Below, piece after piece: positions 46,236-54,096 of a stretch of 64,000 bases of DNA (the stretch's first letter is position 1; each line of letters starts with the position of its first letter). Source of the stretch: Gemmatimonadaceae bacterium. GTDB lineage: Bacteria > Gemmatimonadota > Gemmatimonadetes > Gemmatimonadales > Gemmatimonadaceae. The notes under the pieces were generated by a model. The model was not told the DNA's origin, made no database searches, and worked only from the letters and a program-made list of their open reading frames with translations. The position numbers were made by a program, and so were the translations under genes. The stretch covers positions 25,387 through 89,386 of the forward strand of contig JANMNM010000078.1 in NCBI GenBank assembly GCA_031373905.1, written 5' to 3'.

Positions 46236-47936
46236 ATGGACACTCCGCATCGAACCACCGCGCAGGCGCTGACTCCGATCGCCCGGATGCGCGCCATCCT
46301 CGATCCGAGGCGCGCGCTGCTGTGGGTGTACGCCATTCGGACCGTGCTCGCCGTCTCGCTCACGGTTGGCCTGTCGCAGCTGTCGGTGGGCCAGACGCCG
46401 ACGGCGGTCCGGTTAGTGCAGGCCGCCGCCATACTGGCGTTTGCGGTGACGGGGATCTCACTCATTGCGGTGGAAATGTACCGCACCACGACCAGCCGGG
46501 GGTTCCTGCTGGCACAGGCGGTGACGGACGTCGCGCTGATCACGGCGCTCGTCCACGTCACGAACGGCAGCGAGTCGCAGTTCGCCGCGTTGTACATCCT
46601 CGTCATCGCCTACTCGGCTCTCCTGATTCCGCGCAGCGGTGGGCTGATCGCGGCGCTGCTGGTCTGCGCCTTCTACTTCACCGACATCGTCGTCACCCGC
46701 GATTTCATCCTCGATCCGACCGCCTGGCTGCAGATGGCGAACTTCGCCACGGTGGCGGTCGGCACGGGTTACGTCAGTGCCCGCCTGCGCGAAGTCGGGT
46801 CGGGGTCCGAGGTGCTGGCGGAAACGCTTCGGCGCGAGCGGCTGCAGGCCTCGGATGTGCTCGACAACATCCGCAGTGGGGTGCTCACGCTGGATGCGGA
46901 GGGGCGGCTGCGCTACGCCAATCGCGCGGCGGGGACGCTGCTCCGTCTCGAGCTTGTGCCGCTGGTGGGGCACTCCATTCAAGCCGAACTCGACCGGATC
47001 GCGCCAGGCTTGCTCCTCGAACTCAGGAAGGCGATCCAGTCGCGGACGCGCACGTCGCGCGCCGAGGCGCTACTTCATGTGGACGGACGCGAACGGCAGC
47101 TCGGGATGACGGTGACGTTCCTCGGTGGCGACGAGCCGACCAGCCCCGGAAGTGCGACCGCCATCTTCTCGGACATTTCCGACCAGAAGCGGCTTGAGGA
47201 CCTGCATGTTCGCGCCGGCCAGCTCGAGGCGGTGTCGGAACTGGCCGCGAGCCTTGCGCATGAGATCAAGAACCCGCTCGCGTCCATCCGAAGCGCCGTC
47301 GAGCAGCTCGGACGGATGCCAACCGCTGATGAGGACACTGGCGCGCTGACGCGACTCGTGGTCCGGGAAAGTGATCGCCTCGCGCGGCTCCTGAGCGAAT
47401 TCCTCGATTTTGCACGGGTTCGCGTCACCCGCGTGGCGTCGTTCGATCTTGCCGCACTCGTGCTCGACACGCTCAACCTCGTGGCAGCGCATCCGGATCG
47501 CAGCGTGCAGACCCAATTGCTCTTCGAATCGGACGCGGACGAACAGTTCGTCGAGGGTGACTCGGATCTCCTGCACCGTGCGATCCTCAATCTCGTGCTC
47601 AATGCGGCGCAGGCCGTGGGTGGTCCTGGTGCAGTGCGCGTGAGCCTGCAGGTGGCGCATGCCGAGACGGTGCCTGGCGGGGTGGTGCCCGAAGGAGGTG
47701 CACTGCAGCTCATCATCGAGGATGACGGTCCGGGGATGTCGGCAGACGTGCGCGACCGGATCTTCACACCCTTCTTCACGACGAAGCCCCGTGGAAGCGG
47801 ACTCGGCCTGCCGGTGGTGCACCGTGCGATAGAGGCGCACCGTGGCGTCGTGCTCGTTGATTCGTCCCCCGGCAGCGGGACACGTTTCACGATCATCCTG
47901 CCCCGAACCCAGACTGAGACCGGAGCACTCGCGTGA
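46236..47936 (+). CDS. pilS: Multi-TM sensor histidine kinase, PilS-like (by context)
   Basis: About 5-6 N-terminal TM helices, a PAS-like linker, H-box LAHEIKNPLASIRSA, and HATPase G-boxes (DDGPGM, GSGLGLPVVHR). 4-nt overlap with the downstream NtrC-type regulator, directly upstream of the pilin genes. Confidence 0.7.
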   Translation: MDTPHRTTAQALTPIARMRAILDPRRALLWVYAIRTVLAVSLTVGLSQLSVGQTPTAVRLVQAAAILAFAVTGISLIAVEMYRTTTSRGFLLAQAVTDVALITALVHVTNGSESQFAALYILVIAYSALLIPRSGGLIAALLVCAFYFTDIVVTRDFILDPTAWLQMANFATVAVGTGYVSARLREVGSGSEVLAETLRRERLQASDVLDNIRSGVLTLDAEGRLRYANRAAGTLLRLELVPLVGHSIQAELDRIAPGLLLELRKAIQSRTRTSRAEALLHVDGRERQLGMTVTFLGGDEPTSPGSATAIFSDISDQKRLEDLHVRAGQLEAVSELAASLAHEIKNPLASIRSAVEQLGRMPTADEDTGALTRLVVRESDRLARLLSEFLDFARVRVTRVASFDLAALVLDTLNLVAAHPDRSVQTQLLFESDADEQFVEGDSDLLHRAILNLVLNAAQAVGGPGAVRVSLQVAHAETVPGGVVPEGGALQLIIEDDGPGMSADVRDRIFTPFFTTKPRGSGLGLPVVHRAIEAHRGVVLVDSSPGSGTRFTIILPRTQTETGALA

Positions 47937-49309
47937 CGCACCGAAGCCCGCCCACCGTCCTCGTCGTCGATGACGAAGCCGGTATCCTCGAGACCCTGAG
48001 AATCCTTCTGAAGAATGAGGGGTTCACGGTCATCACCGCACTGGGCGGCAAGGCAGGACTGGACGCGCTGGCGACGTCGTCTCCGGACATCGTGCTGACC
48101 GACATTCGCATGCCGACGATCAGCGGCATCGAGGTGCTCGCTGCGGTCAAGGCGCGCGACCCGCAGCTCCCGGTTGTGCTGATGACGGCGCAGGCCTCGA
48201 TGCAGAGCGCCATCCAGGCCGTCAACGAGGGCGCGTTCTACTACATCCAGAAACCGTTCCGCAACGACGAACTGGTGGCGATACTGCGCCGCGCAGCCGA
48301 GCACCGTCAGCTGAAGATCGAGAATGTCACGCTGAAGCAGGAGATCCAGCGGCGCGAGCGGAGCAGCGCGGGGCAGAAGCCTGCCGGCAAGAGTCGCTCG
48401 TGGCTCAAGGTGCTCGAGATGGTCGAGACGGTGGCACCAACCGACTCGACGGTGCTGATCACCGGTGAATCGGGCACCGGCAAGGAAGTCATCGCGAGAT
48501 ATCTGCATGATCTTTCGCCCCGGGTCGACGGCAGCTTCCTGTCGATCAACTGCGGAGCGCTTCCGGAGTCACTGCTCGAGAGTGAGCTCTTCGGACATGT
48601 GAAGGGTGCGTTCACCGGCGCCGTCAAGGACCGCGCTGGCCTGTTCACGGCCGCGAACAAGGGCACGTTCTTCCTCGACGAAATCGGCGAGACAACCCCG
48701 GCAACGCAGGTGAAGCTGCTGCGTGTGCTGCAGCAGCGCGAGGTGATTCCGGTCGGAGGCACTGAATCACAGCCTATCGATGTACGGATGATCGCTGCCA
48801 CGAACCGCGATCTCGAGGAGGAGATCAAGCGCGGTGCGTTTCGCAGCGATTTGTTCTACCGGCTGAACGTGATCGCAATCCACCTGCCTCCGCTTCGGGA
48901 GCGGCGGGACGATATCCCGGTGCTCGCCACGAAGTTTCTGGCGCGCTCGGCTGACGGTCGCGCGGACGGTGCAATGCGTCTGACGGAAGAGGCCCTTGAC
49001 GCAATGCAGGCCTATGACTGGCCCGGCAACGTTCGTGAGCTCGAGAATGCGATGGAGCGGGCGGTCATTCTCTCGAACGATGACACCATCGGCGTGGATG
49101 CACTCCCCGAGCGCGTGACAGCACGTCGCGTGGAGGCGCTCGTCGCGGAGCGTGCGATCGTCAACCCGACGCTGGATGCCATCGAACGGGCGTACATCAC
49201 GTGGGTGCTGCAGAGCGAAGGCGGCAACAAGACGCGCGCAGCGTCTGTCCTCGGCATCGATGCATCCACCCTGTACCGGAAACTTGCGCGCTACGACACC
49301 GACGCGTGA
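47933..49309 (+). CDS. pilR: Sigma-54-dependent response regulator, PilR-like (REC-AAA+-Fis HTH)
   Basis: REC (VLVVDDE...DIVLTDIRMP), AAA+ (GESGTGKEV, GAFRSDLFYRLNV), and C-terminal HTH (NKTRAASVLGIDASTLYRKL). Confidence 0.85.
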   Translation: MTHRSPPTVLVVDDEAGILETLRILLKNEGFTVITALGGKAGLDALATSSPDIVLTDIRMPTISGIEVLAAVKARDPQLPVVLMTAQASMQSAIQAVNEGAFYYIQKPFRNDELVAILRRAAEHRQLKIENVTLKQEIQRRERSSAGQKPAGKSRSWLKVLEMVETVAPTDSTVLITGESGTGKEVIARYLHDLSPRVDGSFLSINCGALPESLLESELFGHVKGAFTGAVKDRAGLFTAANKGTFFLDEIGETTPATQVKLLRVLQQREVIPVGGTESQPIDVRMIAATNRDLEEEIKRGAFRSDLFYRLNVIAIHLPPLRERRDDIPVLATKFLARSADGRADGAMRLTEEALDAMQAYDWPGNVRELENAMERAVILSNDDTIGVDALPERVTARRVEALVAERAIVNPTLDAIERAYITWVLQSEGGNKTRAASVLGIDASTLYRKLARYDTDA

Positions 49310-49441
49310 TGCGCCGTGGTGCGCGCAGATGGTGATGATGGCGCGCGTGTGGTTAGGCAGGAGTGTGACGCTGGTGTGACTGTGCGCGTGTGCGCCGGGC
49401 ATGATGCCATGGCGCCGCTCACCTCACACAGGAGGCGCGTC

Positions 49442-49882
49442 ATGCCGTCCCGGCCTTTTCAGCATCAGCCGACGTTCCGCAGCGACTGGGGCTTCACGCT
49501 GATCGAGTTGCTCATCGTCGTCGCCATCATTGGAATTCTTGCATCCATCGCGATTCCGAAGTACGCCAACACCAAGCACCGGGCCAATCGGGCGGTGGGG
49601 ATCGCGGATCTGCGCAACCTGTCCACCGCGCAGGAGGGCTTCTACGCGGACAGTGACCGCTATGGTGCGATCGCAGACACGGCACTCATGAAGTTCGCGC
49701 TTAGCAAGGGGAGCTCAGGGCTGACGATTGCGCTCTCCGGCGCGCCGGCCGGGGCAACCGGGTGGAACGCGATCGTTGCGGTTCCCGGTGGCGCCACCTG
49801 CGGGATCCGGGTCGGGAGTGCCCCGGCTCCGACCGGGATGCCAGGCGGCACCCCGGATGGGGCTCCGCTCTGCTGGCCGTGA
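49442..49882 (+). CDS. pilA: Type IV pilin (divergent paralog, 17-aa leader)
   Basis: Prepilin motif G|FTLIELLIVVAIIGILASIAIP with Glu at +5, a C-terminal Cys pair, and AGGAGG 6 nt upstream of the ATG. Confidence 0.9.
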   Translation: MPSRPFQHQPTFRSDWGFTLIELLIVVAIIGILASIAIPKYANTKHRANRAVGIADLRNLSTAQEGFYADSDRYGAIADTALMKFALSKGSSGLTIALSGAPAGATGWNAIVAVPGGATCGIRVGSAPAPTGMPGGTPDGAPLCWP

Positions 49883-50026
49883 CACCGCCGCAACCTCACA
49901 ATGGATGGGCCCGCCATGCTGCATTTCGCGATAGCCGCCGCGAAACGCCACGCACGGATGGGCGGGACGGGGCCGGGGTGGATTCGTAAGTCATTCAATT
50001 GGAACAGTTTGCAGAATGCAGCTGTT

Positions 50027-50043
50027 CCGGCAGCACCTTTGCT
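50027..50043 (+). promoter_or_regulatory. Candidate sigma-54 (-24/-12) promoter for the second pilin gene
   Basis: cCGGCAGcacctTTGCt with the correct GG-N10-GC spacing (GG 50029-30, GC 50041-42), about 70 nt upstream of ATG 50111. A PilR-type EBP is encoded upstream. Confidence 0.45.
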
Positions 50044-50110
50044 CTGGTAGTGGACGAGCCGGCTGGTACCGTACCCGACGGTCATATGATCTTCCACTAT
50101 GGAGTCGTAC

Positions 50111-50518
50111 ATGCGACGCAGCATGAAGAAGGGCTTTACCCTGATCGAACTCTTGATCGTCGTCGTGATCATCGGCATCCTTGCTGCGGTCGCGATCCCG
50201 AAGTTCTCGAACACCAAGCAGCGCGCCTCGCGCTCGGCCGGTATCGCCGACATGCGAAATCTGGCCACCGCGCAGGAAGGCTTCTTCGCCGACAGCAACC
50301 GGTATGCGGCGATCGCCGACACAGGCACTGGCACAGGCAAGATGAATTTCACGCCGTCGAACGGAAACACGGCGCTGACACTCGTCGCCAACGCGACGGG
50401 CTGGAGCGGCCTCGTGACTATTCCAGGTGCCCAGAAGTGCGGCATCTTCAGCGGCACCGCTGCCCGTCCGACGGGCATGCCGGCGACGAATCCGGACGGC
50501 GTGCCGGTCTGCTGGTAA
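50111..50518 (+). CDS. pilA: Type IV pilin (paralog 2)
   Basis: MRRSMKKG|FTLIELLIVVVIIGILAAVAIP, C-terminal disulfide loop C...C-W, and GGAG 7 nt upstream. Confidence 0.92.
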   Translation: MRRSMKKGFTLIELLIVVVIIGILAAVAIPKFSNTKQRASRSAGIADMRNLATAQEGFFADSNRYAAIADTGTGTGKMNFTPSNGNTALTLVANATGWSGLVTIPGAQKCGIFSGTAARPTGMPATNPDGVPVCW

Positions 50519-50552
50519 TCGCCTGACGCAGCGGCCTCGCGGCCAGCTGCCC

Positions 50553-50588
50553 GATCGGCCCGGGGTGCTTCGGCATGCCGGGCCGATC
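50553..50588 (+). terminator. Stem-loop downstream of pilin 2
   Basis: 11-bp perfect inverted repeat GATCGGCCCGG / CCGGGCCGATC with a 14-nt loop. There is no U-tract. Confidence 0.4.
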
Positions 50589-50792
50589 AGCTTCGCATAG
50601 CAGCGCGAACCGAAGTCTGGGGACGGGCACGCGATGAGGTGCAGCCTGGGTACGCCTCTGCCTGCGGCCGGCTGTGCGAATCACGCTCGGTGTGGCACCG
50701 GGCGGTGTCCCGCTCCGACTCCGCCCGGAAACCGCTCGCGTAACACGATGCAAGGGATGCGTGTACACGGCGAGACGCGGCTCGCAAGCCGT

Positions 50793-50808
50793 TGGCAGTC
50801 GTTCGGCA
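50793..50808 (+). promoter_or_regulatory. Weak sigma-54-like element upstream of pilin 3
   Basis: TGGCAGtcgttCGGCa has the correct GG-N10-GC spacing, but the -12 box is CGGC rather than TTGC. Confidence 0.25.
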
Positions 50809-50887
50809 GCCCGGCGCCACGACCGTGCTCAAAGCTTCATCCCGAAGCACCGGCTGACCGCCGCAACCCTTGCCTGAGGAGACCGCC

Positions 50888-51295
50888 ATGCGACGCAGCA
50901 TGAAGAAAGGTTTCACCCTGATCGAACTCCTGATCGTCGTCGTGATCATCGGCATCCTGGCGTCCGTCGCGATCCCGAAGTTCTCGGCCACCAAGCAGCG
51001 CGCCTCGCGCTCCAGCGGTGTCGCGGATATGCGAAACCTGGCGACGGCGCAGGAAGGCTTCTTTGCCGACAGCAGCCGGTATGCGGCGATCGCCGACACG
51101 GGCACCGGCACTGGCAAGATGAACTTCACGCCATCGACCGGAAATACTGCACTGACGCTCGTTGCGACCACGACAGGCTGGAGCGGTGTCGTGAACATCG
51201 CTGGTAGCCAGAAGTGCGGCATTTTCAGCGGCACGGCAGCACGACCGACGGGTATGCCCGCCACGAATCCGAGCGGCGTGCCGGTCTGCTGGTAA
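50888..51295 (+). CDS. pilA: Type IV pilin (paralog 3)
   Basis: Near-identical to paralog 2 at protein and DNA level. GAGGAG upstream of the ATG. Confidence 0.92.
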   Translation: MRRSMKKGFTLIELLIVVVIIGILASVAIPKFSATKQRASRSSGVADMRNLATAQEGFFADSSRYAAIADTGTGTGKMNFTPSTGNTALTLVATTTGWSGVVNIAGSQKCGIFSGTAARPTGMPATNPSGVPVCW

Positions 51296-51330
51296 ACGCG
51301 CCACGCAGCGGCCTCACCGGCAGCTGCCAG

Positions 51331-51364
51331 ATCGGCCCGGTGCGCCTTGTCGCGTCGGGCCGAT
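51331..51364 (+). terminator. Stem-loop downstream of pilin 3
   Basis: ATCGGCCCG / CGGGCCGAT 9-bp stem followed by TTTCTCGTT. Homologous to the hairpin after pilin 2. Confidence 0.5.
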
Positions 51365-51581
51365 TTCTCGTTGCAGTCCAAGTCGCGTGGGTGCGGCGAA
51401 TTCTGGGCTACACGATGCTGCCAGACCGTGGAACGATTGTACACCACGCGACGGAGCGCGCGCGTATGGACAGTAGCGGTGTCTTCGTCCGCCTCTGTGC
51501 GTGGAATTACCGCGAGCTGCGTGGCGGTGGAGGGCATCGGTGCTGCCCTTGGCCGTTACAGCACCGAACACGATCGGACCG

Positions 51582-51647
51582 ATTCCACGTCGACATTTCA
51601 GATTCAGATCGGAATCTCATTATCATGTCGACGTCCATTCCACGTCG
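51582..51647 (+). repeat. Direct repeat ATTCCACGTCG (x2) and 10-bp inverted repeat in the low-GC pilin spacer
   Basis: ATTCCACGTCG at 51582-51592 and 51637-51647. ACGTCGACAT (51587-51596) is the reverse complement of ATGTCGACGT (51625-51634). Confidence 0.7.
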
Positions 51648-51837
51648 GCATTCACGCAATGCCGAATTGCCATACGTTGAGCTGCTGCGGATCAGTAATG
51701 ATGAGGCTGCTGCTTGCCGGTCGATGGCAGGCGAATTGCACGCGATTTCGTAAGATGCAACGCAGGGGCCGCGACCAGCACCGCGCTCACAGCCCGTAAG
51801 TGATTGTGGAACAACGGTTTGCACTGCAGGGGATGTC

Positions 51838-51853
51838 TGGCCGCTGCCTTGCC
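51838..51853 (+). promoter_or_regulatory. Candidate sigma-54 (-24/-12) promoter for the fourth pilin gene
   Basis: TGGCCGctgccTTGCc with the correct GG-N10-GC spacing (GG 51839-40, GC 51851-52), about 80 nt upstream of ATG 51932. Confidence 0.45.
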
Positions 51854-51931
51854 ATGGATATGTGGCGAGGCCGTCAGGATCCGCACTCGAGGCGGCGGAT
51901 TGCCGAACGCAGACCCAAACCCAACCCTGCC

Positions 51932-52339
51932 ATGCAGCACGCGCTCAAGAAGGGCTTCACGCTGATCGAATTGCTGATCGTGGTCGTGATCATTGGCATT
52001 CTCGCCGCCGTTGCAATTCCGAAGTTCTCGAACACGAAGCAACGTGCGAACCGATCAGCCGGCATTGCCGACATGCGAAACCTAGCCACGTCGCAGGAAG
52101 GCTTCTTCGCCGACAGCAATCGCTATGCGGCGATTGCCGACACCGGCAGCACGACGGGCAAGATGAATTTCACGCCTTCGACTGGAAATACCGCCCTCAC
52201 GCTGGTTGCGACCGCGACCGGCTGGAGCGGCGTCGTGAACATCCCCGGCGCCCAGAAGTGTGGCATCTACCACGGCTCCGCCGCGGCGCCCACAGGAATG
52301 CCCTCCACGACACCGAGTGGCGTGCCAGTCTGCTGGTAA
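51932..52339 (+). CDS. pilA: Type IV pilin (paralog 4)
   Basis: MQHALKKG|FTLIELLIVVVIIGILAAVAIP. Highly similar to paralogs 2 and 3. Confidence 0.9.
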   Translation: MQHALKKGFTLIELLIVVVIIGILAAVAIPKFSNTKQRANRSAGIADMRNLATSQEGFFADSNRYAAIADTGSTTGKMNFTPSTGNTALTLVATATGWSGVVNIPGAQKCGIYHGSAAAPTGMPSTTPSGVPVCW

Positions 52340-52363
52340 TCACCGGCGAGCAATACGCCTGAG

Positions 52364-52397
52364 TGCAACACGGCAAACACTTGTTTGCCGTGTTGCA
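52364..52397 (+). terminator. Strong stem-loop after the last pilin gene
   Basis: Perfect 16-bp inverted repeat TGCAACACGGCAAACA / TGTTTGCCGTGTTGCA with a 2-nt centre, followed by a T-containing tract (TCTCGTACGTCGTTTTCC). Confidence 0.65.
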
Positions 52398-52516
52398 TCT
52401 CGTACGTCGTTTTCCGGCCTTGGCGTCAGCCATCCGGTGCCGGAATCGCCGGTTCCGTCACCATCCGCCTTGCGCGCAGGCCGTTGTTGCTCACGTTTCC
52501 GCCGGTGACTCCTCCC

Positions 52517-53659
52517 ATGACTTCAGGCGTTGACCGCGCCACTCGGATTGCTGCGCCAGAGCGTCGCTCGCTGCAGGATGCGCTTGCATGGCCAATCGCC
52601 CTCATGCTGCTCGCGGGCGGAACGGCGGTGTTTCTGCTGCCTCGCTTTGTGCCATCGCGGTTCCTGGCAATTGCGGTCGGCGCGACGCTTGCCGCCGTCA
52701 CGGTGGCCCTCGTCGCGCTCCTCACGATCGTCGTCGAACAATGGCTGCGCCGAGAAGTCGAGATTCAGTCGCGCAGCGCCAGCGAACACGTTGAGGCGGT
52801 CGGGGTCGATGCACTCGGCGCGACAGTGCCGGCGACGGCGATGATGCCACTTGCTGCGGCGTATGCTGACGCCGGTGCGCGTGCAGCACGGCGATCCGCT
52901 GCGCGTGAACACGACCAGATGCTGGCGCGGATTGGTACCGACGCGGCTGACTTCACCGACCGTGCCATTGCCGCCGCGAATGAGGCATTGCACACCGCGC
53001 CTGCGAACGCGTCAGTCACTGCGGCGCGCGTTGCACTGTCCGCCGTGGCGGATTGCACGACGGCACTTCGGCGCGTGACTGCCCCGATTCCGGCCGGAAC
53101 AACGCCGGTGGATCTGGTGGACGAGATCCGATCCCTGGCGGCAATGCCCGGCTCCGACGGATCGCGCACCCGCGTCACCGCAACGCTCGATACGGAAGGC
53201 GCACCGGTCGTGATCGATCGCGACCTGATCCGGACACAGCTCTATGAGCTGCTCGACCTCGCGCGACAGGCTTCGCCTGATGCCGCCGAGGTCACCATAC
53301 ATGTCTCGCGGGTGTTCCGTGCCAGCCTCGAAGAAACTCCGGTTCGCAGGAATGGCGACTCCCGACTGACGATCGTACCGCGCGCATCAGGCGACGCCGT
53401 GCGGGCATGGGTCAGGCGCGTGCGACCTGGACCGGAAATCCTGTCGATCGTGATCGGCGACGCCGGTGCCGCGCCAACGAGCGACGAGGCACAGCGTGCG
53501 CTTGATCCATTCGCCGTTCCCCGGCGTGGCGATCGATTCGGTATCGCACTGGCGATGCTCCGCCGAACGGTGATCGACGCCAATGGAACGATGTGGCTCG
53601 ATGGCGCGCGTGAAGGCGGAATGGCAGTCCATCTGCTGCTGCCGCTCGCAGGAGCGTAG
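52517..53659 (+). CDS. Membrane protein with degenerate histidine-kinase-like ATPase domain (pseudokinase?)
   Basis: Two TM helices (IALMLLAGGTAVFLL; AIAVGATLAAVTVALVALLTIVV). The C-terminus aligns by eye to HATPase_c, but the G-boxes are lost (IGDAGAA for DxGxG; DRFGIAL for GxGLGL). No adjacent response regulator. Confidence 0.55.
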   Translation: MTSGVDRATRIAAPERRSLQDALAWPIALMLLAGGTAVFLLPRFVPSRFLAIAVGATLAAVTVALVALLTIVVEQWLRREVEIQSRSASEHVEAVGVDALGATVPATAMMPLAAAYADAGARAARRSAAREHDQMLARIGTDAADFTDRAIAAANEALHTAPANASVTAARVALSAVADCTTALRRVTAPIPAGTTPVDLVDEIRSLAAMPGSDGSRTRVTATLDTEGAPVVIDRDLIRTQLYELLDLARQASPDAAEVTIHVSRVFRASLEETPVRRNGDSRLTIVPRASGDAVRAWVRRVRPGPEILSIVIGDAGAAPTSDEAQRALDPFAVPRRGDRFGIALAMLRRTVIDANGTMWLDGAREGGMAVHLLLPLAGA

Positions 53660-53751
53660 GCGCGGGCGATTTTGCCACCGCGTGCATGAATTCGGCGCGG
53701 CGATCAGCACGGGCAGACGTACCATGAGCGTGTCCTTCACAGGAGCGCAGC

Positions 53752-54096
53752 ATGGCGGCGGATCGGCCAGGAATCACACTCATCGAAACACTCGTCGCAC
53801 TCGTTCTCGTGGCGATGGTCGCATCCTGGTCGCTGGGTGCCGCGGCGGCGGCGGAGCGCGCGTTGGGACTGAGCCTGCTGCGTCGTGCAGCGCTCCACCG
53901 CGCGGCCAGGGCGCTTGCCGACGTCGAAGCCGCACCATGTGACAGCCTGGCGGGAGCGACGACGAAGGATGAATCGCGCTGGCGTGTCGCCGCCAAGCGG
54001 GTCACGGCGGGCAACGTGCAGTCGCATGTCGTGCTGCTGAAGACCGTGCGAGGCGACTCGATCGCGCTCGGTCGCAGTCGCTGGTGTGCGTCATGA
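53752..54096 (+). CDS. Minor (pseudo)pilin with prepilin-type N-terminal cleavage/methylation motif
   Basis: RPG|ITLIETLVALVLVAMV with Glu at +5; 114 aa. Confidence 0.8.
   Translation: MAADRPGITLIETLVALVLVAMVASWSLGAAAAAERALGLSLLRRAALHRAARALADVEAAPCDSLAGATTKDESRWRVAAKRVTAGNVQSHVVLLKTVRGDSIALGRSRWCAS

Noticed and set aside
47075-48508. 477-aa minus-strand ORF antisense to pilS/pilR. Also 59260..61053 antisense to pilQ and 28996..30210 antisense to the GT4 gene.
   Set aside because: They are shadow ORFs with junk-like composition.
49321-49441. Sigma-54 promoter upstream of pilin 1
   Set aside because: No GG-N10-GC element with a TTGC-like -12 box was found; the nearest (TGGTGTGACTGTGC) has the wrong spacing.
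50000-50013. TGGAACAGTTTGCA (and TGGAACAACGGTTTGCA at 51807) as the sigma-54 promoters themselves
   Set aside because: The GG-to-GC spacing is 8 and 11 nt instead of the required 10. Correctly spaced elements lie just downstream, so these are treated as a separate shared box.
49660-51537. Two long minus-strand ORFs (49660..50478, 50587..51537) running antisense through the pilin genes
   Set aside because: They mirror the pilin duplications (repeated ...IPVGRAAVPLKMPHFW... segments) simply because they are the reverse frame of the repeated pilin sequence. There is no independent support.
51415-51753. 113-codon plus-strand ORF (MLPDRGTIVHH...) in the pilin 3/4 spacer
   Set aside because: It has no recognisable domain, and its composition is Arg/Cys/His-rich in the first half. 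Only its last 42 codons are kept, as a speculative small ORF in the findings.
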